The notes below the pieces were generated by a model that searched no databases, was not told the origin of the DNA, and saw only the letters and a list, made by a program, of their open reading frames with translations. From Octopus vulgaris (taxonomy: Eukaryota), in NCBI GenBank assembly GCA_951406725.2, contig OX597833.1, positions 64,790,001 to 64,854,000 on the forward strand: a stretch of DNA of 64,000 nucleotides. The letters are read 5' to 3'. This document shows, piece after piece, positions 42,371-56,262 of this stretch. Each line of letters starts with the position of its first letter. Within the stretch, counting starts at the first letter, position 1. The position numbers and the translations under genes are program-made.

Positions 42371-43200
42371 TCCTTTATTCTTTTACTTATTTCAGTTATT
42401 TGACTGTGACCATACTGGAGCACTATTTTCAGGGGTTTTACTCAAAAATATCGACCCCTAACTTATTCTTTGTAAACCTAGTATTTATTATATTGGATTC
42501 TTTTGTCGAAGCGCTAAGATACGGGGACAGAAATACAATACATCAACATCGATTGTCAAGCGATGGTGGGGGACAAATACAGGCACATATAGATGTATAT
42601 TTATATATATATATATATCGTATAAGTGCGTGTAAATACATATGTATGTATGTATGTAAGTATATATATATATAAATATATATATATGTGTGTGTGTGTG
42701 TATCCTTCTTTAAGTGTTTCAGCCCTAATGCTGTGGCCATGCTGGGGCACCCCTTGCGTATGACAAGGGATACTTCAGAACTAGTGCTTGAAGTTGGCGT
42801 ATTAGTATGGACAACATAATGCCAATGTGCTTTCTGTTTCTATAAATTCATTTGATATAGAGACGATTTAAATTTGCCAGGGTATACTATAGAGGTTTTG
42901 AGAATCTGCTTATTGAGGATGCTGTTAGATAAGATCCAGGAGTTAAAGTTTTGTATGAGTTCGTTGGTTCTGTTGTTGATTTGTATCATTACTTTTTGTA
43001 TTTTAATCGTGTCGGTGAAGCTCAGACAGAACAGCTAAGGAACATTAGTGACGTTTGTATTCAAGTTTTCCGTAATACCAAAGGGATTTGGGTATAAGTG
43101 TAGTGATTCTCTGTCCAGGAAAGGTTTCGTAACATTTATGCTAACATTCACATTAAATAGGGGATTATACCATAGCATTTTGTGTATGCTACACTCCCGT
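42030..43200 (-). pseudogene. Highly decayed Penelope-like ORF (Naiad-like), interrupted by (TA)n and a family B SINE
   Basis: KMLWYNPLFNVNVSINVTKPFL (~43120-43190) resembles the PLE motif IIWFNPP.S.NV.TN.GK.FL; SRTE*ICRTYFLLPNFK (~42045-42100) resembles the C-terminal R.EL...CRH..KFLL.N motif. Confidence 0.45.
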
Positions 43201-43955
43201 CTGAATCTCGTTAGACGTGAATATGTTGTACACATTCTAAATAACCACTACTCTGCAATGCTTCGTTGTAACGCCTTGAGATTATTGGGTGGTTGGAGAA
43301 TAGTGAGTTTATGTTCATGTTGGTGCCGGATACGATTTCACTGAGCCTGCCAATAGGATGGATGCAATGCTTGTAGCTGTAAAACTGTCTTTCGTTATAT
43401 TTATGGCAAAGCAAAACATTAACCCTTTTCTAGATTTAGAATGACATCTAAAGTGTTTATTTACAAAGGTTGCTATTCACAGTTCTTTTTAAGACCCATA
43501 CTCAAAAACGTAATAAAATCTTTGAAACCTCTGTGCACATTAGAGTTATTTATGATGAAATGCTTCTGATCGGAGATATAAACAATTGGTTGCTTTATTT
43601 GCAGCCTTACAATCTATGATGTATAGCCCAGTTGCCTTCTAAATGCCATTCACAATAAAAGCATCAATAATTTCCAGCCTACCCGCTTCCTGTCAACGAC
43701 TAGAATATATGAGATCTTAGCTCAATTCTTACTGTCATTTTCTTCTCTTTCCATTTTCTTTTTATCAGGTATCTACTTGAATGCGATTTACCTGCGTGTT
43801 GCTTTTTAGATTCTGAACAAGGAAACATCTACACCGCACTTCGTATCCAGGCAGATTAGCAGTAACGTAAAGTTCCAATAATTGGGTGTGTCAATAGTCT
43901 TATCGTGAACACATTCTCTCTTTAGCATCGAATATTGTCTTAAATATTACCGTTG

Positions 43956-44014
<59 letters not shown>

Positions 44015-44030
44015 ACTGGAAAAAGTATAT

Positions 44031-44164
44031 GTATTTGTGAGGGGAACTGACTTCTCGTCGACAACTATGATTGTCACACGCCGATGATAGGTCAATACGT
44101 TGAAACTCGAGTCCGTGTGTATCATAAGTTGAAGACGGGAAGGATGACTTCCCTTCACAAATAC
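44031..44164 (+). ncRNA. Type I hammerhead-like motif enclosed in a long rod-like stem I
   Basis: cacacg-CCGAUGA-[uaggucaauacguu]-GAAA-CUCGAG-UC^-cgugug; stem I extends through augau/aucau, caacu/aguug, cuucucguc/gacgggaag and guauuugugagggga/ucccuucacaaauac. Confidence 0.65.
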
Positions 44165-44427
44165 TGATAGGGCACAGAAAGTGTGTCTATAGCCAGCTGG
44201 AGGAGGTGTCTTCCTGGGGCTACAAACTACAGTAGCATCCACCCTTAGGGGTTAGCCACATTCAAATGGCAAATATACGTCACTATATATATATATATAT
44301 ACATACATATCTAGCGATTTATCTGTCTGTCTATCTTCCCTTCCTTCTCACCATTTATACATATATACGTCTATAAGACAGTGAGAGCTTAAAAGGTAGT
44401 AATACATATAAATATATATATATATAT

Positions 44428-44509
<82 letters not shown>

Positions 44510-45112
44510 GTACATGCATATATGCCTACGTACATATAAGCAAATAAATGTATGCATATACAAATAGGCAGAATGTGCTGTTCGTCTTCATGGGAGAATG
44601 GTGACAGCAAAACCAGAAAATCGTACACCAACTGCAAGTGTTTTTTTGCTGTTGCCTTACTTTGGAGAGAAGCAATGCTACAAATGTTTTACCTGTGTCA
44701 CCAGGAGTATCAAGACAGAAACTTCCTCTGCTTTTTTCTGAAGACTGTGGAACGCCGCACGCACACACACACACACACACACCCACACACACACACACTC
44801 ACACACAAACACACACATATACATATATATATATATATAGTATCAAACATCAGATGAAATGGACGAGTATGTGTGAAAGCGAGCGAATGAGTGAAGTGGT
44901 GTGACATAAATAGGTATCCATCTTTCTTATATGTATGTCTGCGTGTATGAGAGAGAGACAGGCAGAGAGAAAGAGAGAGAAAGAGAGAGACATCATTCTC
45001 TCTCTCTCAAGCGAGAAAGTTCTATGCATATGTATTTAAGTATGTACGAATACATGACTACACACCCCTTCACCCATTCACACATACAGATTTATTAACA
45101 TATGTATTAACA

Positions 45113-45188
<76 letters not shown>

Positions 45189-46024
45189 CATATATACATA
45201 CATATATATATATAGGTATGTGTATATATATATATATATATACACATGTATTTTCGATGGAATAAGTACGAGATTTTTAGAACATACAAACAATCAACCG
45301 TAACTTGCACACACGTTATAGAAACGATCTGTCTTGTGTAAAGACTAATCTATTTATAAGTTAATCAGTTCATATGGAATCCAACTTTGGCAGGAATTAT
45401 CCGCGGTAACCATACTTTTCCCACGGCTGATCATTGGATATCATTAGCATTTCTTTTCTTACAGTTGCTCTAAGATAAGAATAAAATTCTTCCTCAGTTA
45501 ATACAACTTCAAGTGAGAAATTTTATTTCTACCGCGATAATCGAGTTGTTAGCAACCGAAGAACGATAATTAGCAAACGTGTGGATAACATTTGCAATTT
45601 CTTTTTCATACAGCTCCCTAACACTCAACAGCGTTTTGCTACCTGTTTTATTTGGCACCTACATTCATTGAGTACGAGACCTACTTTTTAGCTCTTCGTG
45701 TTTTAATTTATGGAATTTTTCTATATATTTTTCATATGGAATGAAGCTATGTACTACTATAATAATCATGTTATTATCTGGTAAGAGAGGTAATCTCTTA
45801 GTTCAGCTCGTAATGTCGTTTGCCTGGTGTCTGCAACTGATGAGGAAATAACTACTCCGAAATGATAGCATCTCACAGCCTTTGCCAACATTTGTCAACA
45901 TGCGAGATATATACTCCGTGACAAAATTCAGTGAGTAGCTTGTGTCCCTAGTTCGAACGCGCATTAAGCCATATTCAGAGTAAGAATAACATTGCAATTT
46001 CACTTATCAATGCTTAGCGCTGCT

Positions 46025-46400
46025 CCAGGAGTGCCTATGTGACAAGTAGCTTGCTTACCAGCCACATGGTTCCGGGTTTAGTCCCACTTCATGGCAACTT
46101 GGACAAGTCTCTTCTACTGTCGCCTCGTGCCGACGAAAGCCTTCTAAGTGGATTTGATAGACGGAAACTGAAAGAATCCCATCGTGTATGTGTGTTTGTG
46201 CATGTGCGTCTGTATTTGTCCCCCATCATCGCTTCTCACCCGGTGTTGGTGTGTTTACTTCTCCGTAACTTACTGGTTCGGCAAAATAATAAGTACTAGG
46301 CTCACAAAGAATAAGTGCTGGGATCGACTAGTTCGACTAAAGGCGGTGCTCCAGCATGGCCGCAGTCAAATTTACTGAAACAAATACAAAAGGACAAAAG
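46025..46400 (+). mobile_element. SINE family B
   Basis: Colinear with 9702-10108 but more diverged. Confidence 0.85.
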
Positions 46401-47082
46401 AATATATTTATGGCTTACTATGCATTTTTAGAATTGTGGTGGCAGGTGGGGGATGTTGCGATGTTTCTAGCTATCATATTTTTTACTAATTTGATATAAT
46501 TTTTGTTATCGGAATCCGCACACCTTCCACACAAACACGCACTCACTCTCATACACGCACAGACGCACTCAAACACATGCACTCAGAATCGAATGTACTT
46601 TTAGCTACGTGCAGGTATTTGTACAAAGTGAAAAGGTCTATCTCTTGTATTTATCACCTCTCACTGAAGATCTAAAACGTTTGATCAAATTGCCAATGAT
46701 CCAAGTTCAACAATAATCTTATTCTTAGAATTCGTTTAACGCGTTTTTGCTGTTTTTTTCTTTCCAATAACTTCTGTTTATCTGTTTATTTATTTTTTAA
46801 AATATATTTTGGCATCGATTATTTTGGGTTCCTATCTTTTAATCTCTCAAGTTCGCAGTTTTATATAGATCAATTTGCCCAAATTGTTGATGATATTTTC
46901 GCTGAATTCCTTATCTGTACAGCTGGAAGACCTAACTAACGATAACAGCACAGCATAAACCTATCACCGGAAAAGAATGATGTGAGCTTGTTTGTTGTTA
47001 GTAGTTTTCATTGTTGTTATTATTGTTATCAAATAAATTATCATCATCATCATCATTATTATTATTATTACTAGTATTATTA

Positions 47083-47116
<34 letters not shown>

Positions 47117-47153
47117 CATTATTATTATTATTATTATTATTGTTATTATTATT

Positions 47154-47356
47154 AAGGCGGCGAGCTGTCAGAATCGTTAGCACGCCAGGTGAAATGCTTA
47201 GCAGTATTCCGTCCGCCTCTTGAGTTCAAATTCCGCCGAATTCAACTGTGCCTTTCATCCTTTCGGGGTCGATGAAATAAGTACCAGTTCAATAATAGGA
47301 TCGGTGTAATTGACTATACCTTCCCACAAATTTCAGGCCTTGTGCCTATGGTAGAA

Positions 47357-47357
<1 letters not shown>
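47154..47357 (+). mobile_element. SINE family A (alternative tail) within (ATT)n
   Basis: Head, core and the aatttcaggccttgtgcctatggtagaa tail. Confidence 0.85.
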
Positions 47358-47440
<83 letters not shown>

Positions 47441-47441
47441 T

Positions 47442-48131
<690 letters not shown>

Positions 48132-48132
48132 G

Positions 48133-48204
<72 letters not shown>

Positions 48205-48481
48205 ATTATTATTATTATTGTTCTTGTTGTTCTTGTTGTTCTTGTTATTATTACAGAGCTTTTGCTCTGTATTTCTGCAAGTTGGCACCAAGTCTCACCT
48301 AGAGACCTCAAGAGACAACAAGTTAGACGTTCTAGTCGGTGTTTTGACTTGGGGGGGGGCATACATTTGGTTTTGCATAAAGTATTGTTTGAGGAAATGT
48401 CTGTCAAAACATAAATTAGAAATTTATTTCAAAAGTATTTTGATTATAAGATAACAGCAAAAAGGTGTTTGCTGTTATGTA

Positions 48482-48985
48482 TTGGGTCACCCCATAAATA
48501 ATTTCGGTTCTTTGTACTTCTTTTTATATCAACAATTAAGATAAACAAAGTTCTTTTTTTAATATAAAATATTCTCTCTTTGTCCGTGACGAAAAATACT
48601 ACTCCAGTACTGTTCTAACCTCGTCTACAGAATTTGTACTTTTTTCCGTTCAAATCAGGTGGGGGCAATGTTCGAATATAGTAGGTAGGTCTTCATTATC
48701 TCCTTCAAACTGCTCCAGCCTTTGGAATGTCATTCTCTCTGATTGATTCTCTCTCATTATCCAGATTGAAGACAAACATTCGTCTTGAAACCAAAGATGG
48801 TCGTTTTTCTTCTAGTGGTGACCTAAGCCGCTGAAGCTGCTCGCAGTACAGCTCCTTTGCTTTCGTTTGGCTTGGGTTTAAAATTTCAAAGTGGACATTT
48901 AATACCCCACCAATCAGATAATAACACCTTACATGGGTGAAGACGTTTTGTAGCCTGAGGCGCTGATATTTCTCCTTACGAACCT
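48482..48985 (-). pseudogene. mariner transposase remnant with one TIR-like end
   Basis: Minus strand: LHPCKVLLSDWWG...HFEILNPSQT...LYCEQLQRLRSPLEEKRPSLV; left end ta|ttgggtcaccccataa. Confidence 0.8.
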
Positions 48986-49146
48986 CATGGTCCTGCGTGG
49001 CGCCTTGGGCAAGTGTATTCTACTATAGCCTCGGGCTGACCAAAGCCATGTGAGCAGATATATTGATAGACACACACATGGATAGAGAGATAGATAGTTA
49101 TCTAGTTATAGATATATATGTTTGCCTCTATATGTATACATACATA

Positions 49147-49327
49147 GGAGTGGCTGTGTGGTAAGTAGCTTGCTAACCAACCACATGGTTCCGGGTTCAG
49201 TCCCACTGCGTGGCATCTTGGGCAAGTGTCTTCTGCTATACCCTCGAGCCGACCAAAGCCTTGTGAGTGGACTTCGTAGACGGAAACTGAAAGAAGCCTG
49301 TCGTATATATGTATATATATATATATT

Positions 49328-49388
<61 letters not shown>

Positions 49389-49590
49389 TTGTGTGTCTGT
49401 GTTTGTCCCCCTAGCATTTCTTGACAACCGATGCTGGTGTGTTTACGTCCCCGTCACCTAGCGGTTCGGCAAAAGAGACCGATAAAATAAGTACTGGGCT
49501 TACAAAGAATAAGACCCGGGGTCGATTTGCTTGACTAAAGGCGGTGCTCCAGCATGGCCGCAGTCAAATGACTGAAACAAGTAAAAAAAA
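49147..49590 (+). mobile_element. SINE family B, full length
   Basis: Near-identical to 9702-10108. Confidence 0.9.
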
Positions 49591-49683
49591 ATATACATAT
49601 ATAAATATTGTTTTACACACATATATATATACATATATTTATAAACATATATATATATATATATATGCACAAATATATATATA

Positions 49684-49922
49684 CTTTATTGAATAGCAGC
49701 AGAAATATAAACGGAAGCTGTTACTCAGAGTTTCACGTTCCCGTTCATCGGACAGTTTTGTTTAGATTCTATACAAAACTGTCCGTCGAACGGTAACGTG
49801 AAACTTTGAGTAACAGTTTTTGGGATATTTCTTCTGCTTTTCAATAAAGCTTATTACTCAATCTCTGGTTTTCGAGTACTATTTTTTCTAACTTCTTTCG
49901 CATTCATCTACTTACTCCGGTA
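49684..49922. mobile_element. Inverted pair of PLE pLTR-like repeats, each with a hammerhead motif
   Basis: Arms 49684-49761 and 49773-49850. Minus arm: aaaacugu-CCGAUGA-acg[ggaa]cgu-GAAA-cucugag-UA^-acagc. The plus arm has an 8-bp stem I but core CCGUCGA. Confidence 0.8.
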
Positions 49923-49926
49923 TATA

Positions 49927-49961
<35 letters not shown>

Positions 49962-50038
49962 TATATATATATGTGTGTGTGTCTGTGTGTATGTGTGTGT
50001 GTGTGTATGTATGTACGTATAGCCACTACACATACTTT

Positions 50039-50178
50039 ATTTCCTTTCCTTGTTTCTTTCTGTGTTCCTTTCTGTGGAAGAGCGTAGGCTCGAAATATTA
50101 GACTTTTTCACTTCCCGAGCGTTATGCTAATACATCTGTTTGCTGTCTATACCACTTCGTCTTTTGTGAATTCTCCCT
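50039..50178 (+). mobile_element. PLE-like repeat with degenerate hammerhead; related fragment at 20284-20370 (-)
   Basis: cuuu-CUGUGGA-a-gagc[guag]gcuc-GAAA; the downstream gagcgttat...cttcgtctttt...ctcc is shared with the reverse complement of 20284-20370. Confidence 0.5.
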
Positions 50179-50723
50179 GTATATATATATATATACATAC
50201 ATACACACTCACACATACACACATACATACACACAGGCACACGCAAAAACAGACACACACACACACACATACATATATATATTTGCACACATGACGTATA
50301 TATATCTATATACAAAAGCTTCTACGCACATATGTACTACTGAATATACGTACAGAAACAGACAGACAGACAGGTACACATACACACGCACTCAACCACA
50401 TATACATATATGTGTGTGGGTATGCGCGTGTGTGTGTGTGTGTGTGTGTGCATATACGCATGTGGAGAAGCAAAAATAATACAATTGAACATAAACTGAA
50501 ATACACCTAATAATATTAAAAACAATAATAATAATAATAATAATAACAACAACAATAACAACAATCATTATCTCAGCATTGACTTCCATGATATGTGTAT
50601 CTAAACTAATGAAAACGAAAATAGCTTCAATTTTATATCAGTCCGGGGAGGTTTGACGAGTACTTAGAAATGAAAAACAATATTTTTCCCTGCAGCAACT
50701 CTGAAATATCAAAAATATTCGCT

Positions 50724-50724
<1 letters not shown>

Positions 50725-50794
<70 letters not shown>

Positions 50795-50865
50795 CATATA
50801 TATGTGTGTGTGTATGTATATATATGTAAGAATATATGTATATATATGTATGTATGTGTATATAT

Positions 50866-50898
<33 letters not shown>

Positions 50899-51035
50899 CA
50901 TATGTATATATAAGATATATACATACATATATATATATATATATGATAAGTGTATGTGTGTATATATATATACATATGTATATGTAATATATATACATGC
51001 ATATATATATATGTATGATATGTGTATATATATAT

Positions 51036-51082
<47 letters not shown>

Positions 51083-51174
51083 TACATATATACATATATA
51101 CATATATATATACACATTTAGATAGATATATAGATCTATGTATATACGGATATATAAATACTATTGCAAACGCT

Positions 51175-51241
<67 letters not shown>

Positions 51242-51460
51242 GATAGATGGATAGATAGATACATACATACATACATACATACATACATACATACACACAC
51301 ACATATATATATTACGTATTTGTATATAAATGTGTATATATATATATATTTGAAAATATTTGCAATGTCGATATCTATACTTTATAGAAATGACTGTACA
51401 CGCACACACATATATACATACGTGTATGCATCTATCTATATATATATATACACAATCGGC
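50725..51460. repeat. (TA)n/(CA)n microsatellite field
   Basis: Read directly. Confidence 0.9.
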
Positions 51461-52196
51461 GATATAAATTGGCCTACGGCAGATTTCGTAACAGGAGAGC
51501 GATTCTTATATTTGCAGCGTAATATGAGCGAAGTTTACAATTGAAATGAATCACGATTTATTAAAATCTACAATGACACACAGACGCCCAAGCCAACACA
51601 CGCACACACACACACACGTACAGACACACACATATATTTGCATGCATGGATACACTCATACATAGACATACAACAGTAAATATTTACACATGCAGCGTTG
51701 CTACTCTCACATTTTACAAAGTGTCAGTTGTGTATGTTTCCTTGGTGAATGGACAGAGAAATTCGAAAATCATTTAAAAATATCCGGCATTTACTTGGAA
51801 TTATGATATAAAGCTGCTCTGCTATATAAATCCACATTTGTTTACATAGCTGTGTGCTTAAGCTTATTTTTATGTGCTTTGTTACATGTTGTGCAATGTA
51901 TGCTTATACTGTGGGCGTAGAGACTTTGGAGGAAAATGTTTTCTCTAATTATACTGAACGGACACCCATTTAACATTCGCTCTACGAACGTGTGAAACAT
52001 ACGGTCGCATACACCCACCAACAGAACCAAAGATGCCTGTTCATACGGGAACTTTAATAGAATGAAACCTTCTAAGGTAATAGCCAAAATGCATGAGCCA
52101 GAGGTAACAAATACAGCGGGCAAAACTGCTGGAAACGTGTGAACGTTGCATACGCATGATAGAAGGAAAAAGAACTTAAACAATTATTTTATCATC

Positions 52197-52470
52197 AAAA
52201 TAAGGGTAGAGGAACATCGCAAAGCTGTGAGACGGGGAGATATTGATAAATCGGGTATAGGTGATCATGTATGGAAAAACGGAGACCACCTTCCCCAGTG
52301 GGATGAAGTTAAAATAATAGACTAAGAACACCAATGGTAAATATGAAAACTAAAAGAAGCAGCACATATGCTAGGACACAACAACCTCTTAAGCAGACCG
52401 AGTGCAGATATGAGCAGCATATGGGAACCGGTATTAAGGAAGGATAGGAAGATATTATATTTATTAACCC
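52197..52470 (+). pseudogene. Penelope-like GIY-YIG endonuclease, C-terminal half
   Basis: KIRVEEHRKAVRRGDIDKSGIGDHVWKNGDHLPQWDEVKIID*EHQW*I*KLKEAAHMLGHNNLLSRPSADMSSIWEPVL matches the PLE pattern R..EH...S..A.H......W..VKI.D.E..W..R..KEA..I. Confidence 0.85.
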
Positions 52471-52494
52471 CAAAATTCACTCTATAATTGCCCA

Positions 52495-52574
52495 CAGGCA
52501 TATGGTATAGTGGTTAAAATCACGGGCTACTAACCCCAAGATTCTGATTTCGATTCCATGCACTGCTCTCTCAC

Positions 52575-52605
<31 letters not shown>

Positions 52606-52722
52606 CAACAACAACAACAACACCGAAAAGGTTCGAAATTTCCCCGGGGTATATCAGCCGAAACGCTGTGTTAACAGATGAGGACAAATGTCAATAATTC
52701 CTCATCTCTTAAATATAGAACT
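52495..52722 (+). mobile_element. Second copy of the tRNA-like/hammerhead PLE 3' module (CUGAUGA half deleted)
   Basis: ggcatatggtatagtggttaa...ttcgattcc, (AAT)n(AAC)n, ggttcgaaatttcc, gggtatatcagccgaaacgctgtgttaac and ctcatctcttaaatatagaact, in the same order as 41127-41418. Confidence 0.8.
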
Positions 52723-53660
52723 CTATCATCTATAGATGTATAAATTAAAAGAATTTTACAATATTTCCCAATTACAAGAAAATCTTTCAGACTATAGTAT
52801 TAAATAGAATGTTCTCGAAGCTCTACATCCCGTAGAGACTGGGAACAGAAGAGAGGATGTGGAGAAGAAAATGTGTCACAAGTGCATTCACAAATATGAA
52901 ATAAATATAACCGCCAGATCAGAGTTTTTCAAAAATAATGACATGTGAAAAAGCACCTACTACGCAACTTGAAAATACCATCTTAACTCCTCATAGCTCC
53001 CAAACGACTGATATAGCTGTATATCTGCATTTTTTTGCTCTTTCCCGTGTCCAGTTTTTCCGTAAATCTTCCATAATTATTTAGATTTCATTCCACCAAA
53101 AGGAGCTTCCGATTAACTCTGGTAAAACTCCCTCAATAAAATTTGATATCGTCACTTCTCCCTCAACTTCAAACATTTATATCTCTCCCAGTTCTCCCAA
53201 TTTGCATTTAACTACGTGGTGTTATTCAAATGAAGGATTTGGAGATAAACTGGATCTGATGACGGACGCTATACCATACGATATGTGAACTTATATTTCT
53301 CAATCAATCCTCCGGGGCCGAGGCTGGGCAAATGCATTACATCTTAATGCTGAATACCATAAACGTTTAGATGACAATTATCTAGAGAAATCCTTCCACA
53401 TCGAGTGCAATTATTCGTGAATATTTGATGCAATCCAATACACGTTGTGACACTAACCAGCCTGACCTCAAGTTAACTTAACCGGAATACAGTTCACATC
53501 AGCTACCGAAGTCAGGGTTTCAGCTTGAGTAAAATCCCTATAAAGTTTTCTTTCACGACCGGTGACCCTGTAAAATTGCATACTTAGCATACCTCACATC
53601 CATTGCTACTGCGACGAATGCACGGTGCCAAGTGGGCCACTTTTTGTAAGCAGAGCTGGT

Positions 53661-53719
53661 GTTAAAATAATAGACAGAGAACACCACTGGAAAATACGAA
53701 AAGTAAAAGAAGCAGCACA
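53661..53719 (+). pseudogene. Short second fragment of the same PLE endonuclease
   Basis: VKIIDREHHWKIRKVKEAA is homologous to 52308-52366 and lacks its stops. Confidence 0.75.
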
Positions 53720-55389
53720 GTAAGTTCTCCTGTTCCGGGTTCTTTATCCGTTTGTTTTTGTTCTGATCCAACTTTTAACAAACAAAACAAAAGAAAATTG
53801 CCTCTATCAAAGTATGTTTAAACCTGTGCTACTCACAATCCCCTATTTGAATTTTACATAAAGATTATACTGATTTTTAAGTAGCTATATCTTCTACCTG
53901 TAGAGTAACTAAAAGTTTATATATATATATATATATTCTATATTTTAAAGATATATTCATATTGAATTAAAACACCTTTCCTCAGGCTGTTGAAACTGAA
54001 TTTAATTAGATAGATGTGTATTAATTATTTCCAGAAATATTCAATTAGGTTTTTTTTTCTATTTGTGCTTTCGACACTTTCTTTCTATTTTACCTTTTAA
54101 TTGCGAAGATCTTTACAGGGGTTATTTTGATTTTTTAATTCCTACAGATTTGTCAAAGCCCCAAATATGCAGATGAAAGTTGCAAATATAACAGATTACG
54201 CTTTCTCCTCTTTAAAGTCCCTAGCCATGTAATGATATTAAGAATTTACGACGGTACATTAAATCTAAGCCGTTATGATATACGCCAGAAAGGCACAGAG
54301 CAATGAGGTGATGAATTACTCCCTTATTTATATTCGAACAATAAAACTTTCCTAATCAATATTTTCATGCGGTCATTAATTTTTGGTTTCGAAAATTGCT
54401 TGATTAAAAATTCCAGTTTTACAATTTAAGCATTTAAAAATTTGTTAAATTTGAAGGAGCGTTTCGGATTTACACGAGAGGAAGTTGGACACCCTATGAA
54501 GCCTGTCGAATTATTGAACATAGCAGATAAATCTACCTCAAATTCTATCTTACAGTCTAAAAACCCAACCCCATGGATTGTGTTGTTCAAGAGGAATTAC
54601 ACCTGAAGGAATGTCTAGTTGGTTATATTTGCAATGCACTTCATCATAGGTTTGGTCAATTAAGTCTCACCTGACACATAAAATTACTTCTTAAACAGCG
54701 CTTTGTATAATTTGAAGCGACATTCATGTTTACACGGTAGTGATGAACCGATGGAGTATGGCCTGTAGGCACTAGCGCAGCTAGAGTGTGTGTCACCCGC
54801 GGTGGCCCTTCCGTTTCCAGGCCCCGGACCGCACAAAAAAAAAGATGTACTGCCTATAGCAGACCCAAAAACTCCCGCCGGTAGAAATAGTAAGACAATC
54901 TATTGCATAAGATTCCCCATAAACATTTAACCGAGAAAAGCACACTGAATAATGGTAACCGAAGAGGAAAGCGTTGATTGTAAATTTGTTCAATCCGCTG
55001 TAAAAATTTGAAGCAGCTAATTGGCTGGTGAGATTCCAAACAATTAATCTGATCCACGCAAGAGTGACCGTGAAATGGAAAATGTTCGTTGGCGAACCAG
55101 TATGACAGCTTCTATATGTTCGGCCAACCTTCAAGTAAAAGCTGTGAGATATTCCTCATAGAGTACACTGCCGGCTCAAAAAAGCGCTAGGGAAATACTA
55201 GAAGAAAAGCAGCATGTCATGGGTGGAAAGCTTTAGTCAACATGATTGCTCAATCAAAATGGACCTCGTCTAAACACCAAAAACAACAGCAATTACAATA
55301 AATCAAACTAAATCAGCAGCAATAACACCGGCAACAAAACCAAGACACGGAGTCGTATAAATGTATATACATTCGAAAGACCGAGGGTT

Positions 55390-55649
55390 CTCTTTTACTT
55401 GTTTGAATCATTTGACTGTGGTCATGCTGGAGCACCGCCTTTAGTCGAGCAAATCCCCCACCCCAGTACTTATTCTTTGGAAGCCGAGTACTTATTCTAT
55501 CGGTCTCTTTTGCAGAACCGCTAAGTTGCGGGGACGTAAATACATCACCATCTTTTGTGAAGCTAAGTTGGGGAACAAACACAGACACACAAATACACGC
55601 ACACAGACACAGACACAGACATTCACACACACACACAGAGACACAGACA

Positions 55650-55721
<72 letters not shown>

Positions 55722-55880
55722 CGACGAGCTTCTTTCAGTTTCCGTCTACCAAATCCACTCACAAGGCTTTGGTCGGCCTGAGGCTATAGTAGAAGACACT
55801 TCCTCAAGGTGCCACGCATTGGGACTGAACCCGGAACCATGTGGTTCTTAAGCAAGCTACTTACCACACAGCCACTCCTA
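55390..55880 (-). mobile_element. SINE family B
   Basis: Reverse complement of the family B consensus. Confidence 0.9.
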
Positions 55881-56262
55881 CGTCTTCTCAGATGTTTTAA
55901 CCACTTACTAGAAAAAGTAGAGATTTATTCGTTAACTAGGTGTGATTTGGAGAAATAATTTCCAACTGGACAGGAACCGGTATACTTCCCAAGGCATACA
56001 CAAGTAATTCATAATGAACAGATGCATCATTCTTTTAAACTTCAGAAAAATGTATACCTAATATCAATTGGAACATTTGGCACAAGGCCATAATTTTTGG
56101 GAAGCGGCTAAGTCGTTTTCATTGACTCCATTGCTTAACTGATACATTTTTTGTATCAAAACTGAAAGAATGAAAGTTAAAGTAGTCCTTTTAAACTCAA
56201 AACGAAGTTCAGACGTATTGTCCCTAACAATTTTTTTCACGGCATGCTAACGATTCTGCCAG

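Noticed and set aside
44565-44760. Cys-rich peptide, possibly a piggyBac C-terminal domain
   Set aside because: Cys spacing fits only with assumed frameshifts, and there is no adjacent transposase or TTAA/TIR evidence.
52070-52095. ctaaggtaatagccaaaatgc, resembling the 28S R2 target site
   Set aside because: It needs two indels, has no flanking rDNA similarity and is far from the R2-like fragment; likely chance.
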